DNA of 48,405 bases from a virus (IMGVR_UViG_3300012041_000008:1-48405), one strand, 5' to 3'. Positions 36,121 to 45,538 are shown, numbered from the stretch's first letter. Numbers and translations: made by a program. The notes: generated by a model from the letters alone, not told the origin.

Positions 36121-36745
36121 CACTTGTTTAATAGAAGTAGAAGACATTAACTATGTCTTTTGCTCTATTGAATGTCGGGACGTTTGGATTTGGTTAAAGG
36201 AAAAAAACATGGGTCAATACGACATTGATAAAGACCTTTACATCAAGTGGTCAGAAGAGAAGTTAATAGCAATAGAACAAATGACTACGCGGGAAGAAAT
36301 AGAAGCGCGTATCATTGAGATATCAAAGATAGAGTTCTTTGCTAAACGTGAATGGGCTATGCTTCACCAGCAATACGATAAGATTACTGGTAGAAAAGGT
36401 ATAGCACCGTGGCTTAAGGGTGAAAGAGATAAGCTAATCACTGACCCCAATATTAAAGTAGATTGGGAAGGTGAGCCACGTAAGAAAGAAAAGAAACCTA
36501 AAGAAGATATGGTTAAGAATCTTCTAGGTTTCGACATTAAGGAACTGACAAAGAACCTTAAAGAGAACAACAAACCTGCCAAGAAAGAATCTGCTATTGA
36601 TATGACCGATATCATTAGTCAGATTGCGAACGCCTCTCCTAAAGTAGAAACTCCTAAAGCTTCACAAGACGAAATAAAAGCTAAAGCTGATGCTCTTAAA
36701 GAGAGAATGCGTTTAGCCAAAGAGAAGAAAGAATCGGGTCAATAA
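36071..36745 (+). CDS. Hypothetical protein, possible N-terminal CxxC..FCSxxC Zn motif (start uncertain, alternative 36209)
   Basis: Charged helical protein upstream of helicase. Confidence 0.65.
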   Translation: MMPFKKMEKIQQNGKCNTCLIEVEDINYVFCSIECRDVWIWLKEKNMGQYDIDKDLYIKWSEEKLIAIEQMTTREEIEARIIEISKIEFFAKREWAMLHQQYDKITGRKGIAPWLKGERDKLITDPNIKVDWEGEPRKKEKKPKEDMVKNLLGFDIKELTKNLKENNKPAKKESAIDMTDIISQIANASPKVETPKASQDEIKAKADALKERMRLAKEKKESGQ

Positions 36746-36760
36746 CAAAGGAACCTGGTT

Positions 36761-38482
36761 ATGACAATACTCTGTTCACAATGCCTTACAGATAAGGAAG
36801 TAAAGGCTGAGATTGGTAGGATGATGCGCTTAGATTGCGGTCATCTTATGATTAAGCCTAAGACTCCTGAACAAGTTAAAGAGACTGTTGCAAAGATAGA
36901 AGAGGAGATAAAGAAGGAGATAGTATTAACCCCACCACCAGTTAAAATCATTGACCCTAACAGTTTTCACAATTCAAAGACAAAGGATACTCCTTATCCA
37001 TATCAGGAAAAGGGTATTCAATTTGCAATAAACGCCGGCTTTAAGTGTCTTATTGCAGATGAACAGGGATTAGGAAAAACGGTTCAAGCATTAGGAGTTT
37101 TGCACTATGCTATGAACAATCCTGAAGTATTCGATTTAGTTTTTCCTGTCCTTATCATAGCGCCATCCAAGATTAAAACACAATGGATGGTCCAGCTAAT
37201 GAATTGGTGCGGTATTGATTTCATTCCTCAGATTATTGAAGATGGTAAATCAAAACCAGTCTTGGGATTCAATGTCTATATTGCATCCTACGATATCTTC
37301 CGCCGGTTCTCTAAGACTGAAAAGGTAATACTCAAATCTAAATACGGTCATGAAATTGAAACGACTAAGAAAGAAAATCCTTTCTATGACTTTCCATTCA
37401 AGACTGTAATAATGGATGAGGTCCAGGCTATTAAAGGAGATAGTCAAAGGACAGAGGAAGTTAAACGTATTGCTGCGGGTAAGAATATCCTAGCAATGTC
37501 TGGAACACCAATTAAGAATAGTGCCGCTGAGTATTACACTATTCTACATTTGCTGGCACCAGATAAGTTTCCATCCCTACGGTATTATCTTGACCAATGG
37601 GTTAAGAAAGAATACGTTGGTGGCTACGAAAAGTATACCGGATTGTATAATCCTGAGAGGTTTGCAGAGTATACATCCGATATAATCATTCGTAGAACTA
37701 GAGAACAAGTTAAAGATGAGATTGGATTACGTGTTACTAAAGCTAATCGCATCTTCTACCACGTAGACTTCGAATCTGATAAACTTAAGGCTGCTTACAA
37801 AGCGGCAGAAGCTGAGTTTATTAGACAGATGGAAGAAGATACAAAGAATAAGAATCCTGTTGAGCTAATTGGTAGACTTGCAGTAATGCGCCACTTAGTA
37901 GGACTCAATAAGATTCAACCTACTGTAGACTTAGCAGTAGAGTTTCTGCTAGAAAATCCCACTGGTAAATTAGTAATCTTTGTTCACCACGAAGATGTAA
38001 TGAATGCAGTCTTTACACTGTTAGGTAAATGGTGTCAAGATGGTGGATATAAGATTCCTTTAGTTTACCATTCCGGTTTGTCTCCACAAGCTAAGTTTGA
38101 AATGATTGCTAAGTTTGCAGATGATATGTCAATACCGTTTATCATCGGCTCTACTCTAGCGATGGGAGAAGGAGTAGATAGATTACAGGAAGTAGCTAAT
38201 GACTGTATTATTGCAGAGCGTCAATGGAATCCAGCTAATGAAGAGCAAGCAGAATCAAGGCTGGTAAGAATAGGACAGAAGAAAGGCTTTGTTAATGCCA
38301 CCTATCCTATTGCTACCGATACCATTGATGAATACTTTACTGAAATAGTAGAGTCTAAACGTAGGTCAATGAAGGAAACATTAGACGGTGTTGTTAGTGA
38401 GTGGGATGAAACAGGGTTACTTACTGCCCTGTATGAAGCAATCACTACAAAGGGTAGAAAGAAAACAAAGAAGGGTTGGTAA
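36761..38482 (+). CDS. SNF2-family (HARP/SMARCAL1-like) SF2 helicase
   Basis: PYQ, IADEQGLGKT, DEVQ, SGTP, WNP..QAESRLVRIGQ. Confidence 0.93.
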   Translation: MTILCSQCLTDKEVKAEIGRMMRLDCGHLMIKPKTPEQVKETVAKIEEEIKKEIVLTPPPVKIIDPNSFHNSKTKDTPYPYQEKGIQFAINAGFKCLIADEQGLGKTVQALGVLHYAMNNPEVFDLVFPVLIIAPSKIKTQWMVQLMNWCGIDFIPQIIEDGKSKPVLGFNVYIASYDIFRRFSKTEKVILKSKYGHEIETTKKENPFYDFPFKTVIMDEVQAIKGDSQRTEEVKRIAAGKNILAMSGTPIKNSAAEYYTILHLLAPDKFPSLRYYLDQWVKKEYVGGYEKYTGLYNPERFAEYTSDIIIRRTREQVKDEIGLRVTKANRIFYHVDFESDKLKAAYKAAEAEFIRQMEEDTKNKNPVELIGRLAVMRHLVGLNKIQPTVDLAVEFLLENPTGKLVIFVHHEDVMNAVFTLLGKWCQDGGYKIPLVYHSGLSPQAKFEMIAKFADDMSIPFIIGSTLAMGEGVDRLQEVANDCIIAERQWNPANEEQAESRLVRIGQKKGFVNATYPIATDTIDEYFTEIVESKRRSMKETLDGVVSEWDETGLLTALYEAITTKGRKKTKKGW

Positions 38483-38484
38483 CA

Positions 38485-38679
38485 ATGCCCAGACTTATGA
38501 CTCAAGAAGAGGTAGAACGATTCAAAGAACAAGTCAAAAAGAATTGGTCTACTACACCACTGTCTTATCTAAAGAATGCTTTAGAAGCAAACCTTAGACT
38601 TAAGCAGCAGGTAGAGATTCGTAACGAAATAATGATGGAGATAATCAATGAGCGCGAATCAAGCCAATTCAATCGCTGA
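38485..38679 (+). CDS. Hypothetical protein
   Basis: Tiles operon. Confidence 0.65.
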   Translation: MPRLMTQEEVERFKEQVKKNWSTTPLSYLKNALEANLRLKQQVEIRNEIMMEIINERESSQFNR

Positions 38680-38935
38680 GTCTTTAATCAGAGTATGTAG
38701 ATTGTATCAGGATATCATTAAAGATTCTGATGCAGTTCTACTCTTAACTAACATGGTGATAGACGATAAGAAACCTGATACACCAGGATTAGTTAAGCAA
38801 GCTATAGCTAATGCCAAGAACTTTCAAAAGGCAAAGCTTCAGCAGATTAGTGATATCTTTGCTAAGCTTAAAGAACAAGAGGCTATCAACAAGATAATGG
38901 ATGAAGCTGGTATTGACAAACCAACTTTACACTGA
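38648..38935 (+). CDS. Hypothetical protein
   Basis: GGAG RBS. Confidence 0.7.
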   Translation: MSANQANSIAESLIRVCRLYQDIIKDSDAVLLLTNMVIDDKKPDTPGLVKQAIANAKNFQKAKLQQISDIFAKLKEQEAINKIMDEAGIDKPTLH

Positions 38936-38942
38936 GGTTCCA

Positions 38943-39137
38943 ATGGTCATTAAGATATCTCGGATTGGACCAGACGATAAGCTAATGGAGATTACTATAG
39001 CTACTAACAAGGCCGGCCACTCTATATTATCAGACAGCCCAGCTATACAAGATGATATAGTAGAGGCAGTTCAAACGGTTCTAACTAAACACCTAAGGAG
39101 ATTGAATGATGCGAAGATTACCAATCCGAATAATTGA
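38943..39137 (+). CDS. Hypothetical protein
   Basis: GAGG RBS before MVIKISR. Confidence 0.6.
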   Translation: MVIKISRIGPDDKLMEITIATNKAGHSILSDSPAIQDDIVEAVQTVLTKHLRRLNDAKITNPNN

Positions 39138-39426
39138 AATCCATGTCCATCGTTCTAGAAAGAACCCACGATTAGGACATGCGGTTGCTCTATTGTTTCC
39201 TTGTAACCATCACAAGTATTTAGGTATCACTCTATATAAAGGAGAACCAGAACTAAACAGTTATAGAACACAAGATTGTAGGGTCATTAAGTTTGACGCC
39301 TATGATGTAATGGATAAAGAACCATGTAAACTCTGTCCACCGGAAGAAATATGGTTGGATGAGTTAAATTCTATCTCTAAGGTGGATGATTTTGTAGATG
39401 TATTAGAAGCTATAGATGACTTTTAG
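39106..39426 (+). CDS. Hypothetical protein (Cys/His motifs)
   Basis: AAGGAG RBS; CNH and CKLC. Confidence 0.7.
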   Translation: MMRRLPIRIIEIHVHRSRKNPRLGHAVALLFPCNHHKYLGITLYKGEPELNSYRTQDCRVIKFDAYDVMDKEPCKLCPPEEIWLDELNSISKVDDFVDVLEAIDDF

Positions 39427-39504
39427 CTTTTAGTATATTGTGCTACACTTATGGATGGCAGTCTAAGACCGGCAAAAATCTTGGCTGTCATCCAAAGAAA
39501 ACAC

Positions 39505-39533
39505 TTGACTCTCGGATTTGAACGTGGTATAAT
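39505..39533 (+). promoter_or_regulatory. Strong sigma70 promoter
   Basis: TTGACT-17-TATAAT with extended TG and A-rich UP region. Confidence 0.85.
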
Positions 39534-39640
39534 AGACGCAGGGGCGAACGTGCCTCTGGAACGATAGTTTATACGGCGAAAAGTAGAGGATTTTAGGATG
39601 GGCCTAAACCTCTTTAGTGCAAAGTGAAAAGGAAAACAAA

Positions 39641-40177
39641 ATGTCTATCGAATTGGTTGAAGTTTCAAAGAATACCCGCGGCGTTAACTCTCGTGAAATC
39701 AAGTATCTTGCTATTGGCAAGTGGATTTCAAAGATGGTGGACAAGGAATCCAAGCCAGAGTTTAACGACGATGGAACACCTAAACTGGATGAAAAGGGAA
39801 ACCAGATTAGGACTCCATTGGGTAAGGATAGTGAGGGTAAGCTAATCACTATCAAAGAGGAAGTCAAGGAGTTTACCAGCGATGGCGTTATTACCGATAT
39901 CGCTGATGCTCTTGAATTGGTAAACAATGACGAGCAGATTTTGCTCGATTGTTTTGCTGATGGCTTTAACGAAAGAGCTTATGCTCTTGAAGCTGGCAAG
40001 GATGAACTTGATGAATTCCTTGCTACAATGGAATTGAATGACGAGCAAAAGGCTGTATTCAAGAGAACGGCTCGTCAGCTTAACCGTGGTACTGGCGTTG
40101 AATTGCTTGACGCGGCAGAGCTTATCAAGACCATGATGCAAAAGGCAAAGGCAAAGGCTCAGCCCGTTACTGCCTAA
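39641..40177 (+). CDS. Stand-alone, probably highly expressed early protein; likely distant paralogue of 31169-31828
   Basis: AAGGA RBS, own promoter and terminator, no TTA among 17 Leu codons. Confidence 0.9.
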   Translation: MSIELVEVSKNTRGVNSREIKYLAIGKWISKMVDKESKPEFNDDGTPKLDEKGNQIRTPLGKDSEGKLITIKEEVKEFTSDGVITDIADALELVNNDEQILLDCFADGFNERAYALEAGKDELDEFLATMELNDEQKAVFKRTARQLNRGTGVELLDAAELIKTMMQKAKAKAQPVTA

Positions 40178-40203
40178 GCTTTACCAGTAACAAACCCAAA
40201 ACG

Positions 40204-40245
40204 GAAAGGGTCGGTGGGATAAAACCTGCCGGCCCTTTTCTTTTT
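40204..40245 (+). terminator. Rho-independent terminator
   Basis: AAAGGGTCGGTGGG-loop-CCTGCCGGCCCTTT then T-rich tract. Confidence 0.9.
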
Positions 40246-40541
40246 CTATTTAATCTTATCCAATTAACTTTATATCTTTACTGTCCATAGTTCGGGACAA
40301 GTTAGGGACACAAAAATCCCCCAAAATCGACCCGCTAGGATTCAATATGGGGCGTTTACCCTACTGTCGGCGGTCCATAGGCGTTTAGCTTTAGAAGTCT
40401 ACCCATATCCAAGCCTATTGCCAACGGCGGGCAGTCTAATAAAGGATTAGGATGTATCTAAACCCGGCTGGCCCCATAAAGCATAGGCTGATAGGAAACC
40501 AATAGACCAATTAAAAGATTAACACAAAAGAAAAACTACAC

Positions 40542-40570
40542 TTGACAAAAACTTTAAAGTGTGCTACAAT
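40542..40570 (+). promoter_or_regulatory. Strong sigma70 promoter for recombination/replication operon
   Basis: TTGACA-17-TACAAT with extended TG; shares AAAGAAAA..ACACTTGAC with the 39505 promoter. Confidence 0.85.
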
Positions 40571-40610
40571 GGAGTGTTAATCGTTCCAAGTCTATATCAG
40601 ATAAACCTAT

Positions 40611-41477
40611 ATGGAAAAAAGAATACTAGCATTAGACTCACAGATTCTTGACGCTATTCAAAAGTGCCCATTCTACACGTTCCTAAACTTCATTAAAAAC
40701 TACAGACCTAATGAAGTAATAGCTCCAATGGAACGTGGAGATTTGGGACATACAATGCTTGAAGTATATTACAGATTACTTCAGAAAGGATTTGCTTGGA
40801 ATGATGCAGTAGAGCAGGCTACTATTAAAGGTAGAGAACACTACCAGGATTTAAAGCTTGACCTGCAAACATCTGAGTGGCTTGTCAAAACATTCCATCA
40901 ATACACAGAGTATTACAAGTATGATGGGATTAAAGTTCTTGGAGTAGAAGAACCTTTCTCTTTTATCATACATGAGGACGATGAGTTAATCGTTGCTTAT
41001 GAAGGTAAGATAGATTTACATGCAGAGTTTCCAGTATTAGGAGTATCTATATATGACCATAAGTGGAGACAAGCAAGAGCAGATTACATTGGATTGGATA
41101 ACCAGCTTATTGGTTACTCTATCGCTGTCAATTCTAACCTTGTTTATATTAATGAGGTTGGGTTACAGAAATCTTATGAGCCGGAAAAGAAATTCAGAAG
41201 AGTTCCTATTCCCATTGGAGATGGAGTAAAGAAACGCTGGTTAAAGAATACTATCTTCTGGGCTAAGATTCTAGACCATAGTATTCAAACTAATGTGTGG
41301 CCGCAGTCTCATTTAAAGACTCCACCTTTAGGCATTAGCCAGTGTGTTAAGTGTACTTACAATCGTATCTGCAATTCAGAAAACGATAACGAAATGGAAC
41401 GTAAGATTCAAGACCATTTCCATATTGGAGAAAGATGGAGTGCTCACAGAGAAGAAGGATTAGTTAATGGCGAATAA
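40611..41477 (+). CDS. PD-(D/E)xK exonuclease, Cas4/AddB-like with 4-Cys cluster
   Basis: KCP, G..GH..LE, GKID, IYDHK, QL.GY, C..C.Y..IC. Confidence 0.9.
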   Translation: MEKRILALDSQILDAIQKCPFYTFLNFIKNYRPNEVIAPMERGDLGHTMLEVYYRLLQKGFAWNDAVEQATIKGREHYQDLKLDLQTSEWLVKTFHQYTEYYKYDGIKVLGVEEPFSFIIHEDDELIVAYEGKIDLHAEFPVLGVSIYDHKWRQARADYIGLDNQLIGYSIAVNSNLVYINEVGLQKSYEPEKKFRRVPIPIGDGVKKRWLKNTIFWAKILDHSIQTNVWPQSHLKTPPLGISQCVKCTYNRICNSENDNEMERKIQDHFHIGERWSAHREEGLVNGE

Positions 41478-41793
41478 ACATTTACACAAATACAGACTAA
41501 AGAATCTAACTCGTGACCCAAACAAATCTCCTTATTACGTTTACATATGTGTTCACCAGGATTGTTCACATAACATTCGTATTGAATTAGTAGACGGTAA
41601 GTTAGCTGAGTGCAATAGATGTGGCGACCCTTTCATTATGAAGCTTATCAAGCTAAAGCATGGTGATAGGATTATTGTTAGACCACATTGTGAAGATTGC
41701 ACAAAGACTCCAGCTAGAGTAAAGGAAAAGAAAAAGAAACTAGAAAATTCTATTGACGAGTTGATGGGTTCTATTTTACCGAAAGGTGTTTAA
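41467..41793 (+). CDS. Cys/His-rich Zn-finger protein
   Basis: HLH, CVHQDCSH, CNRC, CEDC. Confidence 0.75.
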   Translation: MANKHLHKYRLKNLTRDPNKSPYYVYICVHQDCSHNIRIELVDGKLAECNRCGDPFIMKLIKLKHGDRIIVRPHCEDCTKTPARVKEKKKKLENSIDELMGSILPKGV

Positions 41794-41981
41794 TGCCCAA
41801 AGATAATCCCTGGTATAAGATACAGATTGTTACACCGGACGGTATTCAATCTGTCGAATGCACTAGCACAAACAAAGGAGACTTAAAAGCTTTCTACTAT
41901 AAGTATGCACACGAAGCTGGCTCTGTAATGGTATTCAAAGAAGTTCACGATGATGATGTAGCCATAGAGTTAGAGCTATGA
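41793..41981 (+). CDS. Hypothetical protein
   Basis: TAATG coupling. Confidence 0.65.
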   Translation: MPKDNPWYKIQIVTPDGIQSVECTSTNKGDLKAFYYKYAHEAGSVMVFKEVHDDDVAIELEL

Positions 41982-42148
41982 GATACTTTTGCTGGACTTG
42001 TAAAAAATCTGTAACATCAGAGTTACCAGATGATTCTATTATACGTGCAGTATTAGTATGTCCAGAGTGTATAGAAGCTAAACGTGTTGTCATTAAAGAG
42101 GATGATGATATTGCAGATAGAGAAGCTCAACGATTCTTTGGACAATAA
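41978..42148 (+). CDS. 56-aa zinc-ribbon protein (not in ORF track)
   Basis: ATGA overlap; CWTC..CPEC. Confidence 0.7.
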   Translation: MRYFCWTCKKSVTSELPDDSIIRAVLVCPECIEAKRVVIKEDDDIADREAQRFFGQ

Positions 42149-42151
42149 AAA

Positions 42152-42595
42152 ATGATACTAGGAATAGTTGGCTCCGAGGAAGCAAAGTTTACACCGGAAA
42201 CTGAAGAGGCAGCTAGACTATTAATCCGTTTACATTTAAAGATGGGAGTCCATAGAGTAGTATCAGGCGGTTGTCATTTAGGTGGCATTGATATATGGGC
42301 AGTAGAAGAAGCCTCAAGATTAGGTATTCTTGTTATGGAATATCTACCCAGAACTAAAAACTGGGAAGGATACAAAGCTCGTAACATGCTAATAGCAGAA
42401 AACTCTGACCAGGTAATCTGTATTACAGTGAAAGTATTACCACCTGGTTATAAAGTAAGAGGCTTTGAGAAGTATTGTTACCACTGTAAAACGGACCAGC
42501 ATGTTAAGAGTGGTGGATGTTGGACCACAAAATATGCTAGGAAGTTAGGTAAAGTAGGAAGGACATTGGTAATAGATAATGACAGTCCTAATTAA
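42152..42595 (+). CDS. SLOG superfamily (YspA/DprA-like) protein
   Basis: GIVGS, VSGG..GGID, RN.LIAENSD, SGG..T..YA..LGK. Confidence 0.85.
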   Translation: MILGIVGSEEAKFTPETEEAARLLIRLHLKMGVHRVVSGGCHLGGIDIWAVEEASRLGILVMEYLPRTKNWEGYKARNMLIAENSDQVICITVKVLPPGYKVRGFEKYCYHCKTDQHVKSGGCWTTKYARKLGKVGRTLVIDNDSPN

Positions 42596-42791
42596 GAGAT
42601 ACAACGCAAGGAGAGAAGTAGTAACGATTGATAAGTATATAGACGTAGAAGAGATTAGATTACAGCCGGCTGGCCTTATTGAATTAAAAGGTAAGGCTAT
42701 TGTTGGTGAAGTTGTATATCTCAGATACTTTGCACATGACCCAATGGATATAATTATTATGGACAAGGAACCCAATGCCGAACCTAAATAG
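42579..42791 (+). CDS. Hypothetical protein
   Basis: Overlaps both neighbours in operon. Confidence 0.6.
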   Translation: MTVLIKRYNARREVVTIDKYIDVEEIRLQPAGLIELKGKAIVGEVVYLRYFAHDPMDIIIMDKEPNAEPK

Positions 42792-43566
42792 TGAATCATA
42801 TGAGAAGTTCTTTCGTGGTTTATTTGTAGGTGGAACAGGTAGAGGTAAAACAATAGCTGCAAGTAGCTGGCCTGGTAAGACATTAGTAATAGACGTTGAC
42901 AACAGACACAAGCCAATCGTTGAATGGTTCCCAGAAAGAGTAAAGAATGGGGATTATGTAGTTGAATATGTTAATCCCAAAAACTTCTGGACCGTTTTCA
43001 AACCTCTTATCAATAGCATCGTTACCTATAACCCATACAACAATATCATTCTCGATGGTATTACTTCCCTTTCCACTACAACAGTAGTAATGCAGATGTT
43101 AGTTAAAGGTAGCTGGGGAGATTGGACTTCTAATAAAGGTTCAGACGAATCTAAAGGTGCAAAGATTACAAGTGGTGGAGTAATGGTTCCTAGTTGGGAT
43201 GAATTCAATGGAGAAGCTATGATTATCTCCACCCTATTAGAGACACTAAAATCTCTCAAGTGTAATCTATTCATTACAGCCCACCCGGTTACTAGACTAC
43301 GCATTGAAGGTAAGAAGTCTACCAAGTATTTTTCCATTACCACTTTCGGCCCCAAGATTGAATCAATCATTCCTACTTACTTTGATGAAGTCTGGTACTT
43401 TGACTATAAGATAGACACAGACAATCAAGGTAAAGAGGTTATAAGACGTACCTGCTATACTGGCCCAAGTGAAGATTATTTTGAGGCCAAAACTTCACTA
43501 AAGATTCCAAAGGAAATTGATTATACTAACCGCAACTTATATGATTGCGTCAAGGAATACTTGTGA
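42775..43566 (+). CDS. AAA_24/Sak4-like ATPase (recombinase)
   Basis: GGTGRGKT, IILDGIT, ITAH, YFDEV; near exonuclease and SSB. Confidence 0.85.
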   Translation: MPNLNSESYEKFFRGLFVGGTGRGKTIAASSWPGKTLVIDVDNRHKPIVEWFPERVKNGDYVVEYVNPKNFWTVFKPLINSIVTYNPYNNIILDGITSLSTTTVVMQMLVKGSWGDWTSNKGSDESKGAKITSGGVMVPSWDEFNGEAMIISTLLETLKSLKCNLFITAHPVTRLRIEGKKSTKYFSITTFGPKIESIIPTYFDEVWYFDYKIDTDNQGKEVIRRTCYTGPSEDYFEAKTSLKIPKEIDYTNRNLYDCVKEYL

Positions 43567-43970
43567 ACATAGAGCTAATAGACAAGCTCTGGTCAAGAAC
43601 CAAACAGATAGATAAGTGTTGGTTATGGCAGGGCGGAATTAACTCTGATAAGTATGGACAAATTAGAGTTAATGATAAGATGCTTAGTGTTCATAGGTTA
43701 TCTGTTTCCATATATTTAGGAATTGAATATACAGGTAAATGGCAAGCTAATCATACTTGTGAAAATAAAAGGTGTTGGAATCCTTTACATCTATATATGG
43801 GGAGTAAGACCGAAAATAGAAATGATGGATTAACAGGTAGCTGTAATAAAGGTCATCTATATTCTGAACATGGTAGAATACATGTTGATAAACATGGTCA
43901 AAGAAGGAGAGTTTGTACTTTGTGTAATAAACAAGCCTCTAAAAGGTTCAGAGAAAAGGAGTATCTCTAA
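43563..43970 (+). CDS. HNH (homing-type) endonuclease
   Basis: CWLWQG, YGQI, HR, HTCENKRCWNPLHL..G...EN..D, C..GH, C..C. Confidence 0.92.
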   Translation: MNIELIDKLWSRTKQIDKCWLWQGGINSDKYGQIRVNDKMLSVHRLSVSIYLGIEYTGKWQANHTCENKRCWNPLHLYMGSKTENRNDGLTGSCNKGHLYSEHGRIHVDKHGQRRRVCTLCNKQASKRFREKEYL

Positions 43971-44119
43971 TGGATGAGAAACAGTTAGAACAAAAGCTGG
44001 ATACAGATTGGGTTGAAAAGAGACAGGAGTTTTCTTTTATCTGCCCTGTATGTGGAGCAGCAATTCAAACAAGTGATATTGCTTTACACAAAGAGTGGCA
44101 CTTAAGGATTAAGCAATAA
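43970..44119 (+). CDS. 49-aa C2H2-type zinc-finger protein (not in ORF track)
   Basis: TAATG coupling; CPVC-x11-HKEWH. Confidence 0.7.
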   Translation: MDEKQLEQKLDTDWVEKRQEFSFICPVCGAAIQTSDIALHKEWHLRIKQ

Positions 44120-44188
44120 AGATTTGTTTCTCATTCCGAGAAGCAAAGTAAGGGTGAATAACCTCACCAAAACAAAAGAGGTAATGTC

Positions 44189-44599
44189 ATGCACGCTTCC
44201 GACGATAGTATTGTATGGGGAATCACAGCAGAAGATATCTCAAAGGCCAGATTAGTCGATGCTCCAAGCTGGTTGCCTACTGAGATTGTAGACTTTGTAT
44301 TAGAAGATGCAAAGGCTGGCGATTCAAAGAACGTTCATCTTACCTATAAGGTTTTTGCTGGAGAGTATAAGGGATTGGAAAATCCTTTCATCTACTTCAA
44401 CGAAAAGCTGCCGGTAATGATGGCACCATTGCTTAAAGCATGTGGTTTCCCTGCCAATCCAGATGGTTCCTTTAGCGTTAAGCTTTCAAAGGGAACAATG
44501 ATTGGTAAGAAGTTCCTGGCTCATTGGATTAGGGGAACCTATCTCAATAGGCCGGTTAACAACATCGACGATTACTCTGCACTTCCTACTGCTGAGTAG
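44189..44599 (+). CDS. DUF669-like single-stranded DNA-binding protein
   Basis: GEYKG, LLKACG, MIGKKF, N.IDDY OB-fold pattern; follows Sak4-like gene. Confidence 0.7.
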   Translation: MHASDDSIVWGITAEDISKARLVDAPSWLPTEIVDFVLEDAKAGDSKNVHLTYKVFAGEYKGLENPFIYFNEKLPVMMAPLLKACGFPANPDGSFSVKLSKGTMIGKKFLAHWIRGTYLNRPVNNIDDYSALPTAE

Positions 44600-44820
44600 T
44601 TATTAAATGGATGGTTGGCAATACACTCGGAATCGCCAACCGCTATCTTAAGACTAGACTTGAAGCGTTTAGACTCCATCGAGTATCTTTTATGAAAAAG
44701 TTTAATCCTGATAGCTACTGGGATTTTGTAGAAAGGACTGCTAATGAAGTAGCAAAGTGGCCGGCTTGGAAATTAGGTGGACCTAGTGTTAGAACAAACA
44801 AAAAACAAAGGAGTAAAAAG

Positions 44821-45036
44821 ATGAATCCAGATTACATTGAAGAAGCCTTTACCTATCATGCTCCAACAGAAGACCAAATTGAAAGTATGAAACAGATTAG
44901 AAATATAGCTATGGACTTAGCTCATACTATAGTAAGAGAGTGTCCTGAATCAGCGGACAGAAGTGCTGCGTTAAGGAAGTTAAGAGAAGTAGTAATGACA
45001 GCTAATGCCTCTATCGTTCTAGAAGGGGTAATCTAA
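44821..45036 (+). CDS. Acb2/Tad1-like helical-hairpin protein (candidate immune-signal sponge); in-frame upstream extension from 44692
   Basis: FTYHAPT..Q....IR..A..I...CP.S.DRS.A..KL.E..M.AN..I; AAGGAG RBS. Confidence 0.65.
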   Translation: MNPDYIEEAFTYHAPTEDQIESMKQIRNIAMDLAHTIVRECPESADRSAALRKLREVVMTANASIVLEGVI

Positions 45037-45224
45037 TGAGTGAAGAAGAAACAAAGAAGAAACTACAGCATTGGTTTGATACCCTAGAAGAAGAGGGTGT
45101 TAATCTATCAACGTGGGAAATGGAGTTTGTTGCTTCTGTTAAAGAACAGTTTGAAAGGAGAGGAACACTAAGCGATAAACAGATAGATGTATTAGAAAGA
45201 ATCTACGCTGACAAAACGAGTTAG
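45036..45224 (+). CDS. Hypothetical protein
   Basis: LS.WE.EFV.S..Q......LS.KQ...L.RIY, a common small phage protein pattern. Confidence 0.75.
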   Translation: MSEEETKKKLQHWFDTLEEEGVNLSTWEMEFVASVKEQFERRGTLSDKQIDVLERIYADKTS

Positions 45225-45231
45225 CTTTAAT

Positions 45232-45315
45232 GGGGCTATGGCGGAACTGGCAGACGCACAAGACTTAAAATCTTGAGTTCTTAGGAACGTAAGGGTTCGA
45301 TTCCCTTTGGCCCCA
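45232..45315 (+). tRNA. trnL: tRNA-Leu(UAA), no encoded CCA
   Basis: GGGGCTA/TGGCCCC acceptor, D-loop GG, CAAGA-CTTAAAA-TCTTG anticodon arm, long variable arm, GGTTCGATTCC, discriminator A. Confidence 0.95.
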
Positions 45316-45322
45316 CTTCTAT

Positions 45323-45538
45323 ATGGAAAAGCAAATGAGAGAGCATGTATATGAAAAGCACGAAAACTGTATGATACCTCACTGTATGATATGTGAGGGT
45401 GGTTTATGTCACTGTGTAGTTTGTGGTGGATTTGAAGGTTCTTTGTTACCAGAGTGTCCGGGTAAACAATTAACATCAAAGGAGCACGACGAAAACTACA
45501 AACATTACTGTAATAAGACAGGCCCGTTTACAGTTTAA
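45323..45538 (+). CDS. Cys-rich protein
   Basis: C..C.GGL..C..CGG.EGSL..ECPG. Confidence 0.75.
   Translation: MEKQMREHVYEKHENCMIPHCMICEGGLCHCVVCGGFEGSLLPECPGKQLTSKEHDENYKHYCNKTGPFTV

Noticed and set aside
40611-41477. CRISPR-Cas system (Cas4-like gene)
   Set aside because: No repeat-spacer array or other cas genes seen; context is a recombination module
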